DNA of 64,000 bases from Lama guanicoe (taxonomy: Eukaryota). A model generated the notes under the pieces. It saw nothing but the letters and a program-made list of their open reading frames with translations, was not told where the DNA came from and ran no database searches. The position numbers and the translations under genes are program-made. This document shows, piece after piece, positions 26,400-39,962 of this stretch. The stretch lies in assembly GCA_013239625.1 (NCBI GenBank), contig MU053504.1:374001-438000 (forward strand). The letters are read 5' to 3'. The first letter of the stretch is position 1, and each line of letters opens with the position of its first letter.

Positions 26400-29035
26400 C
26401 ACCTGCAAGCTCTTGTGATGCTGGATGTAGAGCAAACAGGGATCTCACTCATCGTTCACGGGAGCATAACATGGTACAACCACTTTGGAGAGCTATTTGG
26501 CAGTTGCTTATAAACATACACTACTACCAGCAATCCCACTGCAGGAATGTATCCAAGACTAATGAAAACATACGTCCACACCAGGACCTGTACGTGAATG
26601 TGAATAATAGCATTATTCATAATTAAATCAAACTGGAAGTAACCCAAATGTCCACCAATAAGGAAAAGAACAAACTCTGGTATAATCATACAGTGGAACA
26701 TTACTCAGAAATAAAAAGGGAGGAACTGATACACGGAACAACATGGATAAACCTTAGACATGATGATGAGGGAAAAAAGCCAGGCACAAAAGAGTCCATG
26801 TTTCACGTGTCAGCCATGGAGGGGTGCCAGTCTCTCTTCAAGAAAGAAATTGCCAGTCAGCTGCAAGGAGTGAAGTTCTCCAGCAGGGGACAGCTGTAGC
26901 ACCTTTGGGACAATGCTTGAGGCCATGTCTTCATGGCAACTCACCCAGTGACAGATCACAGAGGGATAGCTGGCCATTTCTGCCAGACACGGGACTCCAT
27001 GGGAATCTTTGTTCTGGGGCTCCACGCTGGGGTGGCTGAGACTTTCTCAGAACTGCACCAAAGCCTGAGGGTCCTCCTGTCCAATCCTCATTTCTCCTCG
27101 CTCTTCTTTCACCGGTGTCAGACCTGCATCATGGTATGAAAGTCCTCCCACCCTTACTCCTGTTCCTGCTCCCTTTTTCCTTCACAAGCCTTATCTGCAA
27201 CAAATCTCTAGTACTGCTAACTCCATTGACATCTGCTTCCCAGGGCCCCTAACTGACATTCTTTTTTATGAGATTTAAGAGGGGCCAAATTAATCTGTAG
27301 AGACAGAAAGCAGATCAGTGGTTGCCTGGGTCAGAGGTCAGAGAGATCGGCTGCAGAGCCGCATGAGGAAATTTTGGGAGTAATGTAAATGTTCTATATC
27401 TTGATTGTCATGGTGGTTACACTGGTTTGTACATTTGCCAAAAACTCATCGAAGTGTACAACTAAATAGGTGCTTTTATTGTATGCAAATTATACTTCAG
27501 TAAAGATGGTTTTTAAAAGAATCTCTGCTTCCTAGAAATATCTAGAGTGTATGGTGGTTACAGGATTGTGTACATTTGTCAAATCAAAGAATTGTACACT
27601 AAAAGGAGGATTTTTGTATTATGTGTAAATTGTACATTCTTGAAAAAAAGAATGAATCAGGAAAATAAATTTTACTGATTATCATGTGATTATTACTTAA
27701 AACAATTTTGTCATGTGTATGCAGGGGATGCTCCAATGGAGAACTCACATTTCCTGACTTTAAAACTTAATACAAACCTACAGCAATCAAGAGTGTTGTA
27801 CTGCCATAGAGAGACATGTAGACCAATGGAACAGAAAAGAGAGACCAGAAATAAACCCTTGCATACATGGTCAAATGATTTTAACAAGGGTGCCAAGACC
27901 ATTTACAAGGGAAGAGCAGTTTTTACAACAAACGGTACTAGGAAAACTGGATATCCATATGCAAAAGAAGGAAGATGGCCCCTACCTCACACCACACACA
28001 AAAATTAACTCACAATGGATCAAAGTCCTAAATGTAAGACCTAAAATTATAAAACTCTTGGAAGAAAACAGGGTAAAAGCTTCATGATACTGGATTTGGC
28101 AATGATTTCCTGGATCTGATACAAAAAGCACAGGCAACAAAAGAAAAAATAAATTAGACTTCACAAAAATTTTAAATTTTCATATATTCAAATACACTGT
28201 CAACAGAGTACAAAGGCAATCCACAGAATGAGAGAAAAATATTTGGAAATTCTGTATCTGATAAGGGATTAAGGACTTTCCCCAAAATAGAGTTATTAAC
28301 AACAAGAGTTGTTCAACAATAAGAAAACAAACAACCTGATTAAAAATTGGGCCAAAGATCTGAACACACACCTCATCAAAGATGATACACAGATGGCAGA
28401 TAAGCATGTGAAAAGATGCCCCACCTCATACATCATCACGGAAATGTAAATTAAAACAATGAGATACAACTACATACCTATCAGAATGGCCAAGATCCTG
28501 AATGCTGACAATGTGAAAGGCAGGTGAGAATGCAGAACAACAGGAGCTCTCATTATTTATAATTGCTAAAACTTAGAAGCAACCAAGATAACTTCCAGTG
28601 GGTAAACAGATAAACCATGGTACCTCCAGTTAATGGAATGTTATTCAGTGCTAACAATAAAAACAAACAAAACAAAAAATAAGCTATCAAACCATGGAAA
28701 CACACGGAAGAATCTTAAATGCACATTACTGAGTTAAAGAAGACAGTCTGAAAAGTCTACATACTGTGTAATTCCAACTATATGATATTTTGGAAAAGGA
28801 AAGACTATGGAGACAGAAAGTGGTTGCCAGGGACTGGGAGGAGCGGGGAATGGGGAGTTAATGTTTAATGGGTACAGAGTTTCAGTTTTGCAAGATGAAA
28901 AGAGTTCTGAAGATGAATGTTGGTGATTGCACAACAGTATGAATGGACTTAATATCACTGAACTGTACACTTTAAAATCAATAAGATAGTCAAATTTTGT
29001 TATGCATATTTTACCACAATAAAAAATACCTTCAA
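26400..29035 (+). mobile_element. Cluster of sense L1M fragments
   Basis: Several ORF2 3' and 3'UTR segments (TGGTACAACCACTTTGG, CCAATGGAACAGAA, GGGTACAGAGTTTCAGTT). Confidence 0.75.
26808..27258 (+). mobile_element. ERVL LTR16-like solo LTR nested in L1
   Basis: TGTCAGCCATGGAG...CAGCTGCAAGGAGTG...AACTGACA; interrupts an L1 3' end. Confidence 0.65.
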
Positions 29036-29859
29036 AAAACTAATAGTTATATTAAAATTATATATATTTGTGTATACATATATATATTTAAGTTATCTCC
29101 TCTGAGTATCAAATATGCTGGGCACCTCACTGACAAGGGGAATGGAAAGTCTTGGGTTCCAGGTAGTATTGAACAGTATTAATCATGAAAGTCTTCCTGG
29201 AGGAGGTGTAGTGATGAGCCTGATGCTAAGCCAAAGGAGCAGATTCTACTGGTAAATGATTCTACCTCAGTGTCCATCTAGATCCTGCTTCTCACAGTTT
29301 CCAGGGAGACAGTTTCCAGAGAACTTGGAATACCCACATTGCTGTCACTTGGCAACCTGGAACTGGTGGCTGCCGCCACCTGCCACGTTCTTTCCAGCAT
29401 CTTGGGCCCTCATCTCTGGCATGGGCTCTGCACTGCCCAGGCAGTGGGGGCCCGGCCAGGGCGGCACATTCCACCTGCCTTCCTTCTCAGCCACTCACAG
29501 GCCTCACAGGAACAACTGAGACTCTTGTTGATGGCGGTAAGTCCACAGAAAGTGCTAGATGGACTGGTGGTAGGACATGGACAACCTCCAGCCCCAGAGG
29601 ATTCTCCCATTTGCTCCATCCATGGAGGACCCTGGAGAACCCTGGGGTCCAGTGTGGATGGAACACAGTCCTGGATCTTAGGGGACTCGCAGCTAGTACA
29701 AGAGACAGAGCTCACCTCATTCTTTCAATACACAGATGTCAGTGTCTACACTATACTGACAGCTGGGCCACAGACCAGGGGCCGGGGAGTGCAGAGCAGT
29801 CACTACTGGTGCCTCACTCACTCCTTAGCAGGCACCTCTAAGGACCACAGGCTTCTTTC

Positions 29860-30715
29860 TCTAAACTCAACAATTCTCTTTCTGAGGGCTTTTCATGCCG
29901 CAAGAAGCAGCCCTTGACTTGTGGCAGATGGCAGTGAGTGAACACCCCAGTTCCCTCATCTTCAATTGAAACAACTCTGAGACATGTCTTAACTCTGCTT
30001 CATAGGGTTGCCTGGCAGGACTGAGCTCCAGGTGCTCAGAGGTAACACCTTTGCTGCGGGCACAACACGGTGGGCCAGTAACACGAGCTGGTAAAAAATT
30101 ACCAGTGACTGAGAAGAGTTTAGGAAACCTTATTAGGGACACTGCTATAGGCAACAGCAGACCACACAGGCCAAAGGTGCCCGCATGAATGCCAGGGATG
30201 GGCATACAGGGTCTTTAACTGAGGGGAGGGTGCTGTGCACACAAGGGGGAGCTGCATGATCAATTCATGCACAGGTACCTGACTGGTTTGTAAGATTCTC
30301 TGAACAATAGGATTTATGACTTTGGGAAGGGCAGGATGTGAGGCCTGCCAGTCTAGGGTATTGTGAGCAGGGCTATCCCCTGGGGCAATGAGTTTTGTTA
30401 GGGTAAACACACATCAAGAGAAGATGTTGTATATCTTGCAGAAATGCATGTATGCAAAGGTTCCTGCAGTGGGGAGTGGAGGTTAAGGTGTCTATAGGCT
30501 CCAGGCACACAGAGAGCCCAGGGGTGGGGGTTTGATGACTCCAGGGAGTGCCAGCGGGCTCCACAACCTTGGCTTTATCACCTAACACTCATTGGCTGCC
30601 TTCCTTTCTCTCTCTCACTTCTCTACTCCCTTATTACTATTTCCTGGAATCAGCTTCCAAATAAACCACTCAAGTCCTGTCTCCTGTTGGCCTCTGAGGG
30701 ATTCCAAGCTAACAG
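29860..30715. mobile_element. LTR16/LTR33-like LTR split by a second LTR-like insert (~30052-30580)
   Basis: LTR-like halves flank a TG...CA-bounded segment; families uncertain. Confidence 0.4.
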
Positions 30716-30779
30716 AGATGATGTATAACAGAGAACCAAACTTCTGTGAGATGTGAGCTAGAACCAATTGTATGCAAAG

Positions 30780-31004
30780 CAGTGGCCAAAACAGGGGAGC
30801 TGTCTGCCCAGATGCAGGCAGCGGTCTGGGCGGGTAGGGGCATTGTCTTTAAAAAACTTAAAAGCAGTAATAAAATGGAGCAACAGCCAGTCTGCTTTTT
30901 ATTATCACCATGAACCAGCCATTCTAATCAACTTCAGTGACAAAATTCTCCTCCCTACTAAGGCTGATAGCTCTGGCCCCTACCCGCCTCTCGGCACCCC
31001 ACTG
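30780..31004. mobile_element. Non-autonomous hAT-Tip100 (MER97-like) element
   Basis: CAGTGG...CCACTG terminal inverted repeats; internal TCTGCTTTTTATTATCACCATG. Confidence 0.6.
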
Positions 31005-31839
31005 AGGCCAACAGCACTGAGGAGAGAGTAACTGATTGTGGGTGGAGGAGATGGGGGAAGGTCTCATTCAGGATGCAGCATGGACGCTCTAATCACACAG
31101 TACCAGCTGCCTTTCGCCCCTCCATGCCTTTGCATATGCCATTCTGTTTTACAGGAACAACTTTTATTTCTAAGTTTACTCCCAATTTTCCAAATAAAGT
31201 TCAGTGCAGTTGGAAATCTCTTCCTCCAAGACTTCCCTGCCCCCCAGCCTGAATTAGATGTCTCCTCTAGGTCTGCACAGTCCTCCAAGTGTCCCTCTGC
31301 CACGGCAGTTTTCACAATGGATTACCTCTGTCTGTAACTTTTTTTTTTAAACCGCTAGACAGTGAGCTCCAAAGAGGCAGGAAATACAGCTTGGTCATCT
31401 GGTCCTTTCTTATATAGACACTTGAGAATGGGGCTGCTACTGGGTGGGCACTTTTGTGCAGTGCACAGCCTGCATCACCATCCACGGCAACCCAGCCTAT
31501 GGAGGTTTACTGAATAGATGGGCATTTTCAATAACTGGGGAAGGACACTGCAAGCAAAAGGGACAGAGCAAGCAAGAGCAGGGAGCTTAAAAGTGCAGAG
31601 CCTCTCAGTAGAAAAAACACACAGCTTTATGTCACAGGTGTCACTAGAGTGTGGTCAACATACCTGCACTCCTGCTCAAACCTGCTCAGCCAGAATCTCT
31701 GCAGATGGGGTTCAGGAATCTGGGCATCCCAGGGAACCCCAAGAACAACAAATTTGAAAATGTACAGGGCCAGCTAACAAAGTGAGTGGTAGACTGCAAA
31801 GGGGGCGAGACTGGCCCAACTGGGCTGAGCCCAGGGCAA

Positions 31840-33110
31840 TTATTCATTCATTCTTTCAGTAAGTAAGTATACATTGTGCTAGGAAGGCACAGGTATACCT
31901 ATGCACAAGACAGACACAGTCCCTTCTTCCTTGTCACAGTTTAGTTGGAAGACAGTCGTTAAATAATCGAGCAAATAAATATCTAATACAGTATTAGGTT
32001 GTGATTAATGCTTTGCAAGAAAGCAAGGTAAGAGGTTAAAGAGTAGGAGGTTGTTTTGGATGGAGTGTCAGGGAAGCCCTCTGCTGAGGCTGATAGGAGG
32101 TGAAAGAAGGAGTCACTTAAAATGAAAGACCAAACCACGCAGATGTTTGGGGAAAGAGTAGTGCAGGCAGAGATAGTACATGCAAAGGATCAGACCAGGG
32201 TGGAGGCAGTGTAGGTGGTAGGAAGTGGTCAGATTCAGAATATATTTTGGGGGTAATTTGGGAGTGAAAGAAGAGGAAAGTTGAGGTTACTGGAGTTAAG
32301 AGTACAGGGGATGAGAAGAGAGTTGGAGGAGATGATGTTAGAGAAAGGGGGGATGGGGAGCACAGACCATATGAAGGTTCTTGCAGACCATGGTAAGTAC
32401 TTAGTTTTCTTTCAAATGTGATGGGAGCCTGGAAGCATTTTGAGCAGAGGAGGGATGTGATCTGGCGTGTGTTCTAACAGAATCTTTAGTTGCAGTGTGT
32501 AGAGCAGGCTTTAGGGAGGCAGAGATGGAGTAAGACTGTTTAGAGGCTGCAGACATCCAAGTGAAAGATTATAATGGCTTGCAGCAGGGTGCTAACAGGG
32601 ATGGGGAAACTAAATTTATTTTAATAAAAATAGTAAGTGGATTTCAAGAAACCTGTTGAAGAAATAATAGGTGTTAAGAATCATGAAGGAGACAGACAAA
32701 CAAATGACTGAAATTTGGTAGTGGATCAGGAGCGCCAGCTCTGCAGCTCTGTCTCTGCAGCAAGCAGCTTCCAAGCTGGTTTTTGTCATCAGCAAAATAG
32801 GAATGGTAATGGAATATACCTCAAAATGTTTTTGATGGGGTAATGTAAAAGTTTTTGCATAGGATCTAGCACACAATAAACATTTAATAAATGTTACCCT
32901 AGGAGACAGACTGCTAGGTTGCAGTGCCATCTCTGCCTCTCATTCATCTTGGTCAAATTTACCCCTCTGTGCCTCTGTTTACCAATCTGTAAAATGGAGC
33001 TATCAAATACCAACTTTAGAGGGTTGGCTTATGAGGACTGAATACATGAATACAAGTAAAGCATTTAGAATAATGTGGCGCGTGGCAAGCGCTGCCTAAG
33101 TGCCAACTAT
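31840..33110. mobile_element. L2 and MIR fragments upstream of the promoter
   Basis: ATTCATTCATTC L2 tail, TTTTGAGCAGAGGAGGGA, and MIR core TCTGTAAAATGG. Confidence 0.6.
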
Positions 33111-33269
33111 TATTCTGAATATATTTCAGCCCAATTTCATAATCTCTTCCCCCACCAGCATACGCCCACCTCATTCTGCAGATTTGAAGTCTGTGGCTGA
33201 GAACAAGTTAGCCTTTCCTCAACTACCTGCATGTAGCGGTCCTGCCAGCTACGGGAAAGATGGAGACAG

Positions 33270-33720
33270 CGGCTCTGAAGGACCCCCAGGGGTCCCGCCC
33301 CGTCCGCGCTCTGCCCACAGGAACCTTTAAGTGTCGCGCGCCTGTTTCCAGCCGGGCGCGCTGGCGCAGCAGTGCCGGCGCTGGAAGCTACTTCCGGCGG
33401 CCGCGTCCCCACCCCCGGGAGTCTCCATCTCCATTTTGGCTGCGCAGGCGGAGACGTGAGCAGGATCGGCTGGGGAGTCAAGCGGAGTCAGCTCTCCGTG
33501 AGAGCGGAGAAGGCTTACCGCACTCTCTCCCTTCCTTCCTCCGCCCGCAGAAGCCGGGGGCGCACATGGCGGGCCTGGAGGTGCTGTTCGCGTCGGCGGC
33601 GCCGGCCATCACCTGCGCGCAGGACGCGCTCGTCTGCTTTCTGCACTGGGAGGTGATCACGCACGGCTACTACGGCTTGGGTGCCGGCGACCAGGTACGC
33701 TGCGGAGCCGACCTGGGGCA
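33270..33720 (+). promoter_or_regulatory. CpG island / TATA-less PSMF1 promoter
   Basis: Densest CpG stretch in the window; ETS/GABPA-type ACTTCCGG (33390-33397), YY1-type CCATTTT (33431-33437), NRF1-like TGCGCAGGCG (33441-33450), GC-box-like CCCGCCCC near 33294; overlaps exon 1. Confidence 0.88.
33566..33694 (+). CDS. PSMF1: PSMF1/PI31 coding exon 1 (aa 1-43, FP domain N-terminus)
   Basis: Translates to MAGLEVLFASAAPAITCAQDALVCFLHWEVITHGYYGLGAGDQ, the recognisable PI31 N-terminus; 129 nt; ends CAG|gtacgc; lies in a CpG island. Confidence 0.97.
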
Positions 33721-36700
33721 GGGGGTGGGGTGGGGGGCGCAGTTAAGGTGTCTTATGCCCAAACCCGAAGTACCGGAGGCTTGGTGCAGAGTGTCTGCCC
33801 TTCCTCCCAAGTCCGGGCCCTGGGGCTCATGACACCATTGGTACCTATAGTCTGCGGGTCGGGGAGGTGCTGTCCTGTCCCAGCCCACCTGGCACAACAT
33901 GAATTGAAAAGCCAAGGACAGAAAGTCTCCCAGGTCGGGATTGTGGGAATCTGGCATTGAGACAGGGGTGCAGCTCCCCTGAGCACCCCTCACCTACCCG
34001 AACTCCGCCAAGCTCCTTCCCACACAGCTGGCGGGGTTGGGCGGGGTTCGGGGAGAGCGATGAGCTGTACTCAGGTCTACCCTCGTACAGTACTGCAGCG
34101 CCCACCAGATACCTGGATCCAAGCACGGGTATAGGGATGAATTTGGACCAACTCAGCTCTAGTCAAGGGCCCAGAGAACTCACACGCCCTTCAGCCTTTA
34201 CTGAAGGGCCCAGTGCAGCCCATTCACCGTTGTCATCTTCAACTCAGGCTCTGGGAAACAACCACCTCCCACATTCGTACACACATGCACCCTGGGTATG
34301 AGGGCCAAGTAAGTTTCCTTCCTCACAGCTGCCCCTACAGGACCAGCCCCTCTTGCTCTCCCATCCTCAGGCTCTGTCTCTTACAGCTGGGGGCCTCGTT
34401 GTCATCCCCACACAGTCCCAGAGCTGCTGGGCTCAGCCTACCTCCCTGACTCCTTGCTGTAGCATTCTCCCATCTTCCCTGCCCCTTCCCCTTGAGTGTC
34501 CCTCCACACGTCATTGTACACATCAGAGAAAGTACCCTCCCAGCCACGGTCTCTTGTACACACACTCGGGACTCTAAGCCTGTCTGTCACTGTCGCTCTG
34601 TTCTCACTCTCAGAACCTAGACCTGTTCTGGGGAGCAATTCACTCCTTTCATCTTACAGTGAGATTTTAACCTTACTCTCATTTCTAACTACTTTAGTTC
34701 TCTTAACTCCCTAATCCTTTACTAGTTTCTCAGGTATACATCGAGAATCTTAATTTTTCCTCTCCTAACACAGAGCTTTGGGGATCCCTCCTCAAACACG
34801 GTTTACACATCCCAAGCCCTTAGAGCCAGGTTCTCCACCCCACCCCCACGGCCCGCTTTCTCTATCCCTTAGAACTAGTGACCACGACCACCACACCCCC
34901 TCACATTTTATGCTTACCAGTGGGAATCAGAATCACAAGAACTGTCATGGCTTTCTGGCTCTTTTCTCCCCCCAGACCTCAAGTAGCTCACTGGGACCCC
35001 AGATACACACTCTTATCTCCCCCACCACCTCCTGGCTCACGTATACATCATGCCTCACATGGACTCTAGGACTGGCGATAAGGCTGGAAAAGAAGGACCA
35101 GCCTTTCACACACACACACACACAGCTGGAAGCAGGAACCATTTCTTCCTCCCTGATGCCTCTGTTCCCGGCCTTTCTGTTCACCCTGCACTTTGTTCCA
35201 TTTAGCTTGCCTTTCAACATTTCAGACCTTAAGACCAGGTAAAGGTGGGGCCCACATTCACGAGTGGTAGGTGTCCCCTGTCAGTGCATAGGCTCTCCCA
35301 CAGAAACCTTGTCTCCTCAGTTGCCCCATTCCAGCTCTCGAATCTTTAACAGCTCTTTCACTTGCCCCAGGCATTTCATTTCATCTTTTCCTGGGACGTT
35401 TTCCTAGGAAGCTGATGTGTACGGTGGTGCGGGAGGCAGTGGGATTGGAGAGGGGGTAACCTTGGGGCCCCTCATTGGCTCTCAGCTCCCCACCACCGCA
35501 CACACACCCCTTGCCCTGTCCTTCAGACCTAACAGGTCTGCCCTGCTCTCTCCCCTGCTCATGCGCCCCTTTCCTTACTGTCAGCTAATACTGTTAGCAG
35601 CTTGTCCCCCAGGACCAGGAGCTTGTTACAAAGGGCCTGCGTGACTCCCTGCTCTTCTCCCCCTTCCACAGACACATATCAGCACTGCACATCCGCTCCC
35701 ACCACTTGTCCCCTCACAGATCCTGTCAGCAACTCTGTCTGAGTCAGTTGGGCAGCTTTGGGACATCATTTCCTGTAGGTCATTGACTGATGACTGAATC
35801 CCAAAGGTCCATCCAATTCCACTCTGTTCATGGTGCCATGTGTTGAGTTCATGCAGGCCAGAAAAAAGATGCCGGCTCCAGACTTCTTAGGGGAGGCCAG
35901 CGAGAGTGGGGATGAGGGGTTTAGAAGGCACTGCCCACTGTCTTACCTGTCCACCCCAGCGCTAGGTCGTGCAGGCCCCCCGGGGGTGGGCGTTTGTGCC
36001 GTGCACTGTAGTGTGGCGCGTGCGTGCTTTTGCCTCTCTCTGCCCTTTAAGTGTTTCTGGAGCTCGGGTTGCACCCATCCTCCTCTCATTTCTGCTCAGT
36101 CTACTTTCATTCAGAGTGGAGGCCATTTGGAGGAGCATCTTTCCTATTAGTTTACTTCAGAGAGGGTTTAATTTTCTAGCCTGGGGCCAGCAGACCCAGC
36201 TGAGATGCTTAGTGTTTGCCAAGTTCAAAAGATGTTTCTTTGCCTCTCCGCTTACCTTCTGCTTCCCACCCTTCTAGGGGTGATAAGAGAGAGAGGAAGG
36301 TCCTGAAATTGTGTACTTGCTCATTTAATATATTGACAGTTAAATAGAAAGTGAAGTTGTCTGCTTTTCTCTTTAGTTTTGTCTCTTCTGGTGCAGGGGA
36401 GTTGTGTACATAAAGCTTGATTAGAAGAACAATGGAGTATTTGAATTTGGATTTCTTTACTGAAGTCAGCACCACTCCTCACGAGAGTTTTACAGCTGTG
36501 TCAGGTGGTTTAGATGGCAAGAGGGTAGAGATGGCTATTGACTTAAGTTAGAGACTTTTGTTTGCTGTTGTAGGAATGTAAGGGTTATGATGAGAGAATG
36601 CCCAAAATGATCTTTGGATGCATTTTAAGCCAGGGACACTGAAATGAACTCATGGCCATTAAAGAATGCTTCCAGCCCCAGGATTTTGCCTAACGGGACA

Positions 36701-39700
36701 ACTATCTTTACTTTTGGGAAGCCTGTCTTGTGGACCTAGTTGGAAAAAAATCTCCAGCCATAGTCTGGGCAACCGGGAGCTCTGAATGCCAAACCCAGCT
36801 CTGCACCTGACTTGCCATGACCTGGGGCAACTCTCAGCCCCTTTCGGCCCTTAGATTTTTTTTCCATCTGACTAAGTTAAGCTGTCCAACTGTGTACTTT
36901 GGGTACTTTCCAATTGTAGCTTTCTGGGAGGTCAATTACTTGATGTCCCAGTCTAGAGTTGAATGCCGTGTTTGACCTGATAGCACCAGGGCCAGTCTCT
37001 CTGAGTGCCATCTGTTTTCCCATATCAGGCAGCCCTTGCACTGGGGACCACTGGTTCCACTGCACTGAGAGGCATTAGCCTTACCAGACCCCAGGATTGT
37101 CTCTTGCTCTGGAAACCAGAGGTTATAGGATAGTGAATTATTTATGTTCCAAGTAGTAGGCTGAATTATTTATATTCCAAGAAGAAGTTCTACTTGGTTG
37201 AGTGCTGTACATGGAGGATATAAATATACATTCAGAGGCCCTTGAAAGAACAAAGACATGTTATCAGATTCTTGGCTTCCAGAGTAAACTTTAAATCCAT
37301 GGCACTAAACATGTTATGGGAAGTTCACCCAGCTGGCGGTGGGGATCATTTCTCTTTCTCATTTAGCGGAGGGGACTGATTAAGTTTCACTTTTGTTTTC
37401 CATCACTCTCCTTTCTCTGCTTCAGGCCTTTGAGTTTCCTTGTCGTTCTGCCAGGTTTGAAACCATGCCAGTTGTAACATCTTGAATTTCATTTGGAACC
37501 ACTCCTCCCCAACCTCCATTTGATTCCTTAGCCCCAGAGGTGACCCAAGAGGAGAGGCTCACAATCTCCACTCCTGGCCTCCTGTTGTCCTTGGGGTGTA
37601 TGAGGTCTGGGTTGTTGAACCTTTGTCTTTTGCTGCTGTTTTTCATCTTTGGTCCCACTCTCTCCCACTATATTCTCATGAATACAGATATTCTCAATCC
37701 TGTTGCTGCATGTTTAGCTGTAGAACTATGGATCCGTGAAAACAATATATAGTTTTTAGTGTTTCAGATTTTTTACATAAATTGTACCCAGCTGTAAATC
37801 TTATTTTTTCTTGACTTTTCTTTAAGTTGTAGTGTTTACTTTTATCTCTAATACTGCCATTAGATCTAGTTTGTTCCTTCTCACTGTTATACAGTATTCC
37901 ACTGTGAGCATATTTTGCATTTTACTTCCCCTGGGTTGCCCAGAACAAGGTTTTGATGATTCCTTGTCATATTCCCTGCACAGAATTTCTTCCAGGAGTG
38001 GAGGTTTTGGGTCATGGGGTGTTGGCTCATCTAATTACACTGAATGTTAGATTGCCTTCCAGAGGGGTGTCTAAGTGTGACTCGCCACCAGGAGGTTGTC
38101 ATTCTCCTCTTACCCACACGAACACCTGGCAAAAAATGGAAAAATGGATAAAAGCAGCCTGCTGGGTGGAACCTGGTATCTCATATTTCAACCTACGCTT
38201 CTCTGAGTGCTGGTAAAATTGAACAACCCTTTATTCACTGTTAGCTGCTCTTATCTTTTGCTTGTTTACATCTTTTGCCTGTTTTTCAAGTGGATTCCCA
38301 TTGTCTATTGTTCATTTTCCAGGCATTCTCTTTTTGTACTAGTTACTAATTCTTTTCATTTGCAGCCATGGCACATAGCTCATCCTAGCCCGGGGCTGCC
38401 TGTTCTCTTTGTCTAGTGTCTTTTGTTCATTTGAAGCTTTAAATTATGAGCAGTGTCAAAAGACAGCACTTTTTTTCTTTCGTGGATCTTGTTTAAGAAA
38501 TCTTCCCCCTCCCCAGAAATCACTGTATTAATTTCTACTATAGAAATAGTTTGAGAATTTTTTCTCAAACTTAATGTGTAAAAGGAAAGTTCTAGGATTA
38601 TTATCTTTTTTTTTTTAAAGAAAGGAAGACATCACAACTCACAGTGATGCATTTTTACACCCACTAGGTTGGCAAAAATTTTTAAACTGAACAGCAGCAA
38701 TGTTGCTGACCACATGGAACAAGAACTCTCATACATTGCTTGTGGGAGTGTAAATCCATACTTCTTTGGAAAACAATTTGACTTTATCTTATAAATTAAA
38801 AGTTCTTCCCCTAGGCATACCCTGTACAAACTCATCCATATGTGTACTAGGAGATGTGTACAAGAATGTTCATAGCAGCGTTTATAATATCAAAGTCAAT
38901 AAATTGGAAATACTCCAAATGTCCATCAACAAGTGAGTGTGTAACTTGCAACGTATTCACACAGTGGTACACTGTGAGGCTGTGACCTGTGTAGCAATGG
39001 AATGTTACACAGTGAGGCAAGTGTAGTTAAGTGCATTGACATGGATGGACCTCAAAATAGTATCGAATGAAAAAGGCAAGTGATAAAAATGATGCCATTT
39101 ATATAAAATTCAAAGACATTTGAAATAATATATTTTTAGGGTTTGTGTATAGCAACGCAACTACAAGGGACTGTAATCTCTGAAAATACAGACTAGCGAT
39201 TACCCGAGAAGGAGGAGGAGGGAGCTTCATTGGGGTACACTACTCGAGGCTTTAGCAGAATTAGCCAAGGTCTGTTTCTTAAGCTGGTTGTAGTTACATA
39301 GATGTCCATTTTATAATTCTTTTTTAATCTTATACGTATGCTATATTTTCTGTTTATATGAAAGTTGTTCATAATTTTTGTTAAACCACTATAGTAGTTT
39401 GAAGAGGGGTACATAGAATCTGTATTTTTAGTCAACACTGTTGATCCTATTGCAGATGGCCCAAGTACCAAACTTTGGGAAGCACTGTCTTAGGATTTCA
39501 CAGTATCCCTTGAGATGATTGGCCTTATTCTTGGCAGAGGGATGGAGAGGAGATTAGTATTAAACCACGGCTACAGATTCTTGACAGGTTCCAGTGCTAC
39601 GTCACCAAAGCAGTCAGATATGAGGAAGGAGCACTGGGGCGGGAGTTCAGAGACCCCAGACCTCTAACTCGCTCTAGGACCTTGAACATTTTACTTCTGA

Positions 39701-39809
39701 CCTCTGTGTCCTCATTTGTGAAGTGGGGGAGTGGGATTAGATTATATGTAAGGTCCTTTTTAGATCTGAGGTTATGATCTTCCTCCTCTCATTTCTGGTG
39801 TCTTCTCAG

Positions 39810-39962
39810 CCCAGTCCCAATGATAAGAAATCAGAACTGCTGCCAGCTGAATGGAACAACAATAAAGACCTGTATGTCCTCCGGTATGAGTCTAAGGATG
39901 GGTCCAGAAAGCTCCTCGTGAAGGCTGTCACCGTGGAGAACAGCATGATCATCAACGTGCTG
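39810..39962 (+). CDS. PSMF1: PSMF1 coding exon 2 (aa 44-94)
   Basis: Pyrimidine tract then tcttctcag|CCC; PSPNDKKSELLPAEWNNNKDLYVLRYESKDGSRKLLVKAVTVENSMIINVL; donor CTG|gtgagt; 153 nt, phase 0/0. Confidence 0.97.

Noticed and set aside
29339..29917. 192-aa plus-strand ORF
   Set aside because: Non-ATG start, no recognisable homology, GC-rich and adjacent to LTR sequence.
37134..37181. 20-bp direct repeat TGAATTATTTAT(G/A)TTCCAAG twice; also AT-rich repeats at 62017-62075
   Set aside because: Local slippage duplications with only about two units; not CRISPR-like and no functional context.
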